64,000 nt of DNA from Aquificaceae bacterium (GTDB taxonomy: Bacteria; Aquificota; Aquificia; Aquificales; Aquificaceae): NCBI GenBank assembly GCA_041640635.1, contig JBEPZX010000004.1:32279-96278 (forward strand), written 5' to 3'. Positions 56,816 to 64,000 of the stretch are shown here, in pieces; position 1 is the stretch's first letter, and the number at the start of each line of letters is the position of its first letter. Made by a program: the position numbers and the translations under genes. The notes below the pieces were generated by a model. It saw only the letters and a program-made list of their open reading frames with translations. It did no database searches and was not told where the DNA came from.

Positions 56816-57073
56816 ATGGCTGCCAAAGATAAGCATGTTATACTCTTGGTTTCTCAGTGGTGTGCCACTTGTCCCGATGCAGATATGCTATGGCAAAAAC
56901 TTCAAAAGGAGTACGGCTTTAAGTACGAAGTATTGGATGTTGCTCAACCGGAAGGCAGAGCATGGGCAAAGAAACTTATAGTGAGGTCCGTACCTTCTAC
57001 TATAATAGATGGGAAATTGACCTTTGTAGGTGTACCTGACGAATTGGAAGCTAGGAAAGCTATAGAGTCATGA
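56816..57073 (+). CDS. small thioredoxin/glutaredoxin-fold protein
   Basis: WCATCP active site, SVP cis-Pro loop, IIDGK. Confidence 0.8.
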   Translation: MAAKDKHVILLVSQWCATCPDADMLWQKLQKEYGFKYEVLDVAQPEGRAWAKKLIVRSVPSTIIDGKLTFVGVPDELEARKAIES

Positions 57074-57468
57074 GTGAGAAAAAGGTTATTATACTTATGA
57101 CCAGCGGACCAAAAACACCTTGGAGATGCGCATCGCCTTTTTATATAGCTGCTCTAATGGCAGCGAATGAAAGCGAAGTGGAAGTCTTTTTCAACATGGA
57201 CGGTACAAACTTGCTGAAAAAAGGTATAGCTGAGCGCATAGTACCTGGAGAGCCAAACTGTTTGAGCAGGGATGGTAAAAAGCTAAAAACTGTATACGAT
57301 TTTATGAAAGATGCTAAACAGGCTGGAGTCAAATTCTTATCATGCAAACAGGCTATAGACTCCTTAGGTTTAACAAAAGAGGACTTAATACCCGAATTGG
57401 ACGAAATAGTTCCAGCTAGTGAATTTGCTTTGAGAACTTTAGAGGCTGATAAAGTGCTAATCTTTTAA
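57070..57468 (+). CDS. DsrE-family sulfurtransferase
   Basis: TSGP...RCASPF, EVFFNMDG, AKQAGVKFLSC. Confidence 0.8.
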   Translation: MSEKKVIILMTSGPKTPWRCASPFYIAALMAANESEVEVFFNMDGTNLLKKGIAERIVPGEPNCLSRDGKKLKTVYDFMKDAKQAGVKFLSCKQAIDSLGLTKEDLIPELDEIVPASEFALRTLEADKVLIF

Positions 57469-57491
57469 ATTCTATAGATGGGAGGTGCAAT

Positions 57492-57938
57492 ATGGCAGTA
57501 GTCAATGGGTGCAATATACCCGAAGATCTTTTATATGATGTTGACGCTGAGGCCAATGCTTTCACATGGGCCAAAGATAACGGAGACGGAACTTACACAA
57601 TAGGACTTACGTCCGTAGCAGCTGCTATGGCTGGAAGGCTTGTAGCTTACACGCCTAAAAAAGCAGGTAAAGTCATAGAAAGGCGCAAGAGTGTAGCTAC
57701 AATCGAAAGTGGAAAATGGGTAGGTCCAGTCCCAACTCCTCTAACAGGAGAAGTAGTAGAGATAAACGAAGCTCTAAAAGGTAACCCGGCTTTGGCAAAT
57801 GATGACCCATACGGTCAAGGTTGGATAGCCAAAATAAAACCAACAAATCCAGACGAAATAAATCTACTTCTAAAAGGTCAAGCTGCCGTAGATGCTCTTG
57901 CAAAGGTAGCTAACGAAAAGGGCATAAAGTGCGGTTAA
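57492..57938 (+). CDS. lbpA: lipoate-binding protein LbpA (GcvH-like), second copy
   Basis: IESGKWVGP, NDDPYGQGWI, NGC and terminal KCG cysteines. Confidence 0.87.
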   Translation: MAVVNGCNIPEDLLYDVDAEANAFTWAKDNGDGTYTIGLTSVAAAMAGRLVAYTPKKAGKVIERRKSVATIESGKWVGPVPTPLTGEVVEINEALKGNPALANDDPYGQGWIAKIKPTNPDEINLLLKGQAAVDALAKVANEKGIKCG

Positions 57939-58948
57939 TTAATTTCAGGGGAGGTTTCCCCTCCCTCTTAGAAGATTTGGATATAGACATAAAATTTCTA
58001 GAGCATTTACATGAAGGTTTTTTAATAAGAGAATCAAATTTTGGAAACCAAGTTTACTTCCATAGTCCTGGATTCAAGCACTACGAAGTAGAAGATTTTT
58101 CTGTGAAAACTGGACCTAAGTTTGTTGATATTTCCATTACTGGCAGAAACTGTGAACTAATGTGCGACCACTGTGCTTCCAAAATCCTTTGGCACATGAT
58201 TCCTGCAACCACGCCACAGGAACTAAGAGATGTTGCACAAGAGCTCAAAAGTAAAGGCATTGAAGGAGTTCTCATATCTGGCGGTTCTGACAAAGACGGT
58301 CGTGTGCCTTTGGACGATTTCATACCCGTTATGAAGTACATAAAGCAAGAACTAGGGATGATCGTTACCTGTCACGTAGGTTTGGTGGACGAAAAACAGG
58401 CAAGGGACCTAAAAGAAGCAAACGTGGATGCCGTATTGTTGGATATAATAGGAGATGACGAAACCATAGCCCAAGTTTACAAGATGCCCCACAAAAGCAT
58501 AAAGGATTACGAAGAATCTTTGAGATTACTAAAAGAGTATGGACACAACATAGTTCCACACATAATAATAGGACTCCATTATGGAAAGATAAAGGGTGAG
58601 TACCAAGCCATAAAGATGATAAGCAAGTATGATCCTTCTGCATTGGTCTTGGTAGTGGTAATGCCATACTTTGGAAAAGCTAAATTTCAACTTCTTCCGC
58701 CACCAACTGCAGAAGAGACAGCAAAGGTAATATTTGATGCAAGAAAAGAAATTCCCAATAAGCCTGTGGTTATAGGCTGTGCAAGACCTGCTGGCCAAGA
58801 AAGAGCAAAGCTTGATTTGTATGCTCTTCATGCTGGAGTTAATGGTATAACCTTTCCAGCTGAAGGAATCGTTTCTTACGCAAAAGAGTTAGGATTAAGC
58901 CCCATAGTATCACCAAATTGCTGTTCCACCGTATTTATGCCTATATGA
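57929..58948 (+). CDS. lipS1: radical SAM lipoyl synthase LipS1-type
   Basis: ISITGRNCELMCDHC; GCAR and C-terminal CC motifs; adjacent to lbpA. Confidence 0.8.
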   Translation: MRLINFRGGFPSLLEDLDIDIKFLEHLHEGFLIRESNFGNQVYFHSPGFKHYEVEDFSVKTGPKFVDISITGRNCELMCDHCASKILWHMIPATTPQELRDVAQELKSKGIEGVLISGGSDKDGRVPLDDFIPVMKYIKQELGMIVTCHVGLVDEKQARDLKEANVDAVLLDIIGDDETIAQVYKMPHKSIKDYEESLRLLKEYGHNIVPHIIIGLHYGKIKGEYQAIKMISKYDPSALVLVVVMPYFGKAKFQLLPPPTAEETAKVIFDARKEIPNKPVVIGCARPAGQERAKLDLYALHAGVNGITFPAEGIVSYAKELGLSPIVSPNCCSTVFMPI

Positions 58949-59547
58949 AAAAGGTAGTTATGCTCGCTACAACCAATAAAGGGAAGTTTAAAGAAATATC
59001 ACGTATGCTGAGTCCATATAACATAGAAATTTTGATCCCCGATAGAAATTTGGAAGTCCAAGAAGGTTCGTGCTCCTTTTTGGAAAACGCTTACGAAAAG
59101 GCAAAAGCGTACTATAAAGTCTACAATGTACCTACATTAGCGGATGATTCTGGCTTAGTTATTCCATCCTTAGATAACTTCCCAGGTGTATTTTCCAATA
59201 GGTTTTACGATCATCCTTTTGGTGGTATAGAAAAGCTAAAAGGCTCACAGGATGAAACAAATATAAAAAAGGTTTTGAGATTACTACAAAACAAGGAGGA
59301 TAGAAGAGCTTACTTTATATGCTATGTAGTACTCTACACCGGAAGCGGTGGATACTTTGCAGAAGGAAAAGTTGAAGGTGCTATATTAGACGCGCCAAGA
59401 GGAACTAACGGTTTCGGATACGATCCTATATTTTTACCGAATGGATACAATCGAAGCATGGCAGAACTTACACCACAAGAAAAGGATAAAATATCACATA
59501 GAGGTAAAGCTATAGTAAGACTTCTAGAGGTAATAGGATGGACATAG
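58945..59547 (+). CDS. rdgB: non-canonical purine NTP pyrophosphatase (RdgB/HAM1)
   Basis: ATTNKGK, ENAYEKA, ADDSGL, GFGYDPIF, SHRGKA; ATG at 58945 overlaps the lipS1 stop. Confidence 0.93.
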   Translation: MKKVVMLATTNKGKFKEISRMLSPYNIEILIPDRNLEVQEGSCSFLENAYEKAKAYYKVYNVPTLADDSGLVIPSLDNFPGVFSNRFYDHPFGGIEKLKGSQDETNIKKVLRLLQNKEDRRAYFICYVVLYTGSGGYFAEGKVEGAILDAPRGTNGFGYDPIFLPNGYNRSMAELTPQEKDKISHRGKAIVRLLEVIGWT

Positions 59548-60386
59548 AGAGGATTCTAGAGTTGAAAGAAAAGGCAAAAGAGGAAAAAGCAAAAGAATTG
59601 AGTATTGTAGACCACGATATACGCATGCTGTTAATAGATATTGAAAGAGTAAAAACTCAGATAGAAGAGCTCAACAATGAATTGAAAGTTAAATTTTCCT
59701 ACGAAGCTTTAGTAAAGCAAAAAGCCTTACTCTCTATATTGAAAGACAATGAAAAAAAGTTAAATGATTTGCAAATACTGAGGGAGAAAAAAGCCCAAGA
59801 GCTCAAGGAAATATACACCGAAATTAAAGCTTTAGAAAAGTTAAAGACAAGTACAGAAGATAGCAACAGAAAAAAACAAACACAATTGGATCAGATAAAT
59901 TTAGGTTTTTTACATACTATTAAAAAGAGTGCTATGTTGATAGGAATAATTTTCCCGCTAGTTTCCTTTTCTGAAAGTGCACTATCTAAGAAGATAAAGC
60001 AGGAACAAAGAAGCAAAGCTGAAAGCGATATGCAAATTATATCGAAGGAATTGGAACTAAAACTTAAGAGGATAGAGGAAGAAAAAAAAGCTTTAGAAGA
60101 AAAGAGAAGGAAATTGGAAGAACTACAAAGACAAAAAGAAGAAGTTCAAATTAAACCTGAGGATCAAAAAGAAATAGAAAAATGGATAGCTGTAATAAAT
60201 AAAACTTCTCCAGATGAAGCTGGTGCCATGATGAACGAGTTAGATCCCAACTTAGCAGCTCAAATACTATTGAGATTAAAAGAGCGTCAAGCTGCACAAA
60301 TTTTAGAAGCTATGGATCCTAAAAAATCCGCTGAGGTTTCTAAAATCATCATGAGTAGTAAAACATCAAAAGGAGGAAAACCATGA
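59538..60386 (+). CDS. coiled-coil protein: FliJ-like N-terminus, internal hydrophobic segment, MotE/YlxF (MgtE_N-like) C-terminus
   Basis: IERILELKEK...EIKALEKLK...QLDQ; KKSAMLIGIIFPLVSFSE; PDEAGAMMNELDPNLAAQILLRLKERQAAQILEAMDPKKSA. Confidence 0.55.
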   Translation: MDIERILELKEKAKEEKAKELSIVDHDIRMLLIDIERVKTQIEELNNELKVKFSYEALVKQKALLSILKDNEKKLNDLQILREKKAQELKEIYTEIKALEKLKTSTEDSNRKKQTQLDQINLGFLHTIKKSAMLIGIIFPLVSFSESALSKKIKQEQRSKAESDMQIISKELELKLKRIEEEKKALEEKRRKLEELQRQKEEVQIKPEDQKEIEKWIAVINKTSPDEAGAMMNELDPNLAAQILLRLKERQAAQILEAMDPKKSAEVSKIIMSSKTSKGGKP

Positions 60387-61498
60387 ACAAAGCGGTCTTA
60401 GAGCAACTTACTGTCCAGAAAGAAAGTCCCGATTACTTACAGATAAGCATGGCTGCAGCCATGACATTGGGATTAGTGCCAGGGCAGTTTTATAGAAACA
60501 CAAAGCTTAGCTGTATAAACACTCTGCTAACGTATCCCTCTGGCTGTCATGCTACGTGTGCCTACTGTGGGCTCCAAAAGGCTCGGGATATGGAATATTC
60601 AAAGAAAAACTTTATAAGAGTAGAATGGCCTACAGTACACATAGATGAAATTATAAACAGATCTTTGCAGGTAGGACACGTAGAGAGGCTCTGCATAGCT
60701 CAAATAACACACCCCCGTGCCATTAGAGATACAAAGGTGGTGCTGGAAAAAGTTCTAAGAAGCCTTGGGGATAAGATTTTCGTGTCTTTGCTAATCAACG
60801 CTACAGGAACAAACTACGAGGATATCTTAGACTACAAAAAGCTCGGAGCGGATACGGTAACGGTAGCTATAGACTGTGCTACACCTGAAGTTTTCGAAAA
60901 ACTCCGTGGCAGACCTATGAACAGCCCACACAAATGGGAAACCTTCTGGAAAGTGCTCGAGTGGTCCGCCGAAGTTATGGGAGATGGTTACGCAGGATGT
61001 CACTTGGTAGTAGGATTGGGAGAAACGGAACAGGAGATGATAGAAACTATCCAAAAAGTAAGAGACTTGGGTGCCCGCACGCATCTCTTTTCCTTCTGGC
61101 CAGAGGAAGGTTCCATGATGGAAAAGGAAAAGCCATGCCCAGCTCCACAATACAGAAGAGTTCAACTTGCCCGCTACTTGATAGACAATAAAATCGCCCG
61201 TTACGAGGATATGAAGTTTAACGAAAAAGGACAGGTTATAGACTTTGGTATAGACAAAGATACCTTCCAAGAAATATTCTGGAGCGGTAGACCCTTTATG
61301 ACCTCAGGATGTAGAGGGAAGACTACAGAGGTTGCATGCAACAGACCATTTGGAGACAGCTCAGTAAGCGATATCAAGAGCTACCCATTTAAACCTGAAA
61401 AATCGGATCTGCAGAGAATTTACAAACAGCTCTTTGACTACGAAATGACCACCAACTATCCAGATGTCTTAAATCCAAGCGTATTTAGATATCAATAA
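60383..61498 (+). CDS. lipS2: radical SAM lipoyl synthase LipS2-type
   Basis: GCHATCAYCG, RVEWP, HLVVGLGETE, TSGC...CNRP. Confidence 0.8.
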   Translation: MNKAVLEQLTVQKESPDYLQISMAAAMTLGLVPGQFYRNTKLSCINTLLTYPSGCHATCAYCGLQKARDMEYSKKNFIRVEWPTVHIDEIINRSLQVGHVERLCIAQITHPRAIRDTKVVLEKVLRSLGDKIFVSLLINATGTNYEDILDYKKLGADTVTVAIDCATPEVFEKLRGRPMNSPHKWETFWKVLEWSAEVMGDGYAGCHLVVGLGETEQEMIETIQKVRDLGARTHLFSFWPEEGSMMEKEKPCPAPQYRRVQLARYLIDNKIARYEDMKFNEKGQVIDFGIDKDTFQEIFWSGRPFMTSGCRGKTTEVACNRPFGDSSVSDIKSYPFKPEKSDLQRIYKQLFDYEMTTNYPDVLNPSVFRYQ

Positions 61499-61503
61499 CC
61501 TTT

Positions 61504-61527
61504 GGGAGCTTACGCTCCCTTTCTTTT
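61504..61527 (+). terminator. intrinsic terminator ending the shdr/lip operon
   Basis: GGGAGC-TTAC-GCTCCC followed by TTTCTTTT. Confidence 0.75.
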
Positions 61528-61530
61528 AAA

Positions 61531-61962
61531 TCACTTTACGAATACAGCTTCAACTCTGTATTGAGTATTGTATCGAGGATCTTGAACTTCGGATATTATC
61601 CTATACATATATCCTGTATCGCCACTTTCTATATCTGATGCTCCAGTTAACTGATATCCAGAGGCTACACCGATAAAACACACACGCAATACACCATTAG
61701 CTGACTCTTGTTGATCGGTTATTCTATACTGAATATTTCTTCCCGCTGTGCAATCATTTGGAGTTATTTCGTTGGATCTTATCCACACAATAGCCTCTTC
61801 AACACCACCTTTCGCTGCTTCTTTTACGCTCGTGTACGTCTTAATAGTTCGTGAGCTAGACATGAGGTTTGTAACGATCCAGTAAATACCACCCAAAGCC
61901 AAAAGCACAACAATAGATATAGCCAATACCGTTACCAAAGCAACACCCTTATTTCTCTTCAT
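61531..61962 (-). CDS. type IV minor pilin, PilX-like
   Basis: MKRNKG/VALVTVL prepilin cleavage site without Glu5; AAKGGVEEA. Confidence 0.72.
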   Translation of the reverse strand: MKRNKGVALVTVLAISIVVLLALGGIYWIVTNLMSSSRTIKTYTSVKEAAKGGVEEAIVWIRSNEITPNDCTAGRNIQYRITDQQESANGVLRVCFIGVASGYQLTGASDIESGDTGYMYRIISEVQDPRYNTQYRVEAVFVK

Positions 61963-62951
61963 CTGTTCTTGATTGGTATATCCACTTCTACCAATTTCCA
62001 TCTGTATCTCCTCCATGCATTATCAATTGTTATACTTCCACAGTTGTTGGTAAATGTTGGAACGTTTTCTTCCAAATTTGCTAGTGTACCTATTTGTATC
62101 ATCATACAAAGTCTAATACCTATAAGGTTTGATTCTGTAGAATTGGAAACACTATCCACGTAAGATAAAACACCGTTATCGTTCAGAACATACCTAACCT
62201 TAAAAGCCGCTATGCAAGAAAGGACAGGTTGTGAAGTATCTGAATACACTTGCTTATAAAGTGTGAAAGTATTTGGGGCACATGTTCTTGGTTGATTTTC
62301 ATCTATTCCAATAAAATATCTCGTTGCGAAATCTTTAGGATATTCAGCACCACCTTTAAAAAATACCATAGTGCCGAGGGAAGCACCTTGGCATGAGACA
62401 CCTGATGGACAACTTGACGGAGATGAGCAAGAAATGTTATCTATCTTACTTTTATTTGGTGTTAGAGCTATAATGCTATTGTTGTTGAAAATTCTAGTCT
62501 CACATTGTCTTCCCAAATAGTTTGTAGAATCTACTCTTAAACAACCACCGGATTCTACTACACCCCAACAACCGGCATTTGCAAAATCCCTTGCTGTCAG
62601 ACTAAAAAAGTAAAGTTCATCTCCTCTATTGTTTCCTTGACAATTTTTCGCTATAGCCAAGAAGCCTTGATCACTTGTCGCAAAATTTCCTAAGCCACCA
62701 CACCCTATGTTTCCAATTTTATGAATACTCCCAGGTTGTCCCGGATTGTTCCACATACCAAAACCTATTGAGTGTAGGTCTTTTAATATTTGATCTATAA
62801 AGATTTGTGCGGATTGCTCATCTTTTGCTGTTGTTGCAGTAAATGTGCTTTGTGTAAATACCTGTCTATAAGCTGTAATCAGTCCAGCAGATACAATTCC
62901 TATAATAACTATAACAACCAAGAGCTCAGCAAGCGTTATACCTTTTCTCAT
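61959..62951 (-). CDS. type IV minor pilin, PilW-like, Cys-rich
   Basis: MRKG/ITLAELLVVIVI prepilin motif; DLHSIGF. Confidence 0.78.
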   Translation of the reverse strand: MRKGITLAELLVVIVIIGIVSAGLITAYRQVFTQSTFTATTAKDEQSAQIFIDQILKDLHSIGFGMWNNPGQPGSIHKIGNIGCGGLGNFATSDQGFLAIAKNCQGNNRGDELYFFSLTARDFANAGCWGVVESGGCLRVDSTNYLGRQCETRIFNNNSIIALTPNKSKIDNISCSSPSSCPSGVSCQGASLGTMVFFKGGAEYPKDFATRYFIGIDENQPRTCAPNTFTLYKQVYSDTSQPVLSCIAAFKVRYVLNDNGVLSYVDSVSNSTESNLIGIRLCMMIQIGTLANLEENVPTFTNNCGSITIDNAWRRYRWKLVEVDIPIKNR

Positions 62952-62953
62952 GG

Positions 62954-63478
62954 TTAGTACCCCTTGATCACAAGCGTGGCTATATATTCGCACCTGTTGT
63001 TGGTTTGATCTTGATACCAAACCAATACACAGACATAAACGGGCTGAGGAGTTGTAGGTATCCCATAAGGTAATATGATTAACCCATGATTGAAGTTTAC
63101 TCCCTTATACGCACTGTATGCTCTATTTGGTCCTAAAGTAGGGAGATTTAAATTATCGAATGTTTGGCAATTTGTTACGTTTACAGTTTCGTTTGGATCA
63201 CAGAACATAGCTATACCATTGTTATTACTATCCACTGCAGATCTATTTGGATATATATTCGCAAATATAGGATTACTCAATGGTCGTGAGTTTAATTCAT
63301 TTACTATTTGCGTAGCGATTTTGCTTGCTTCATTTCTGTATTGATTTCTCAGTGCGTATGTTGTGTATTGAAGTATACCTGCCAAAAAACCCAGCATTAC
63401 AAGCATCAAAATAACCATAGATACCAAAAGCTCTATTAGTGTAAAACCTTTTTGTTTTTTAAGTTCACTTGTAAACAT
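62954..63478 (-). CDS. type IV minor pilin, PilV-like
   Basis: KQKG/FTLIELLVSMVIL prepilin motif. Confidence 0.78.
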   Translation of the reverse strand: MFTSELKKQKGFTLIELLVSMVILMLVMLGFLAGILQYTTYALRNQYRNEASKIATQIVNELNSRPLSNPIFANIYPNRSAVDSNNNGIAMFCDPNETVNVTNCQTFDNLNLPTLGPNRAYSAYKGVNFNHGLIILPYGIPTTPQPVYVCVLVWYQDQTNNRCEYIATLVIKGY

Positions 63479-63974
63479 ATCTTATTGCTCCCCTTTCAAT
63501 AATTATTTCGGCGGTTCTGTTGTAAGGATTTGCTAATAGTATGTTTTGCTGTGTCCCTTGGTTTTCTTGTGATCTAGGTTTACATTCTCCATTCGCATAC
63601 TCCAATGCTACACCTTTACGGTCAAATACTATGGTTATCGGTAAAGTATTTTGAAATCTAACCCCTCGCTCAAGGTTTACTGTAATTCTTCTTGTGTTAT
63701 CATCATTCTCATCTAATCTACAATCTCCGTCTGTATCTTCAAACAAAATGTATGAATTATCATTTTGTATCCTCATACCCCAAGGTACTCTTCCAGTTAT
63801 GGAATTCCTTTTTATCCTCTCTAAATTTGTAACAAGCGTTTGTGCAGAGTTTTTTAGTCTTTGACTTGCTACAGCTTTTGCGATCTCTTGGTAACCAATG
63901 TAAGCCAAAATAGAAATTATGACCATTACAATTAAAACCTCACCCATTGTAAGACCCTTTACTTTTCTATCCAT
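63465..63974 (-). CDS. type IV minor pilin, FimT/FimU(GspH)-like
   Basis: KVKG/LTMGEVLIVMVII; FEDTDGD; IVFDRKG. Confidence 0.75.
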   Translation of the reverse strand: MDRKVKGLTMGEVLIVMVIISILAYIGYQEIAKAVASQRLKNSAQTLVTNLERIKRNSITGRVPWGMRIQNDNSYILFEDTDGDCRLDENDDNTRRITVNLERGVRFQNTLPITIVFDRKGVALEYANGECKPRSQENQGTQQNILLANPYNRTAEIIIERGAIRYVYK

Positions 63975-64000
63975 AGTATTACACCACCTCTTGCCAACCT

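Noticed and set aside
63979..64000. Possible 3' end (GWQEVV-stop) of an upstream pilus gene on the minus strand
   Set aside because: Only six codons are visible, too few to call

Overview
This is a dense, AT-rich chromosomal segment. Gene content and protein style point to a thermophilic chemolithoautotroph of the Aquificaceae (Hydrogenobacter/Thermocrinis/Aquifex-like; inferred, not searched). In order it holds: the start of the spc ribosomal operon; a sulfide-oxidation cluster (two Tat-exported flavocytochrome-c sulfide dehydrogenase flavoproteins and a Rieske protein) interrupted by a two-domain multicopper oxidase; ispE-tRNA-Gln-prs-rplY-pth; housekeeping genes; an archaeal-type SAM synthetase followed by nuoA-B-CD-H; rnr and ugd; the forDABGEF 2-oxoglutarate:ferredoxin oxidoreductase operon (reductive TCA cycle); a metal-uptake operon; a pyruvate carboxylase B-type subunit; a CBS-PAS-GAF-GGDEF cyclase; an sHdr-LbpA-LipS1/LipS2 sulfur-oxidation cluster; and type IV minor pilins. 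Four tRNAs are present. I saw no CRISPR array, IS or prophage. The strongest unexplained signals are (1) a CxxC/RSPP leader peptide whose arrest codons base-pair with the Shine-Dalgarno of the downstream metal porin gene, (2) a triple-interleaved pseudoknot/switch-like RNA upstream of rplY, (3) a tandem operator-like motif shared by three sulfur-oxidation promoters, (4) two CDSs whose stop codon lies inside a tRNA, and (5) a FliJ-like/MotE-like fusion inside the lipoate-synthesis operon. All calls come from motif recognition by eye.
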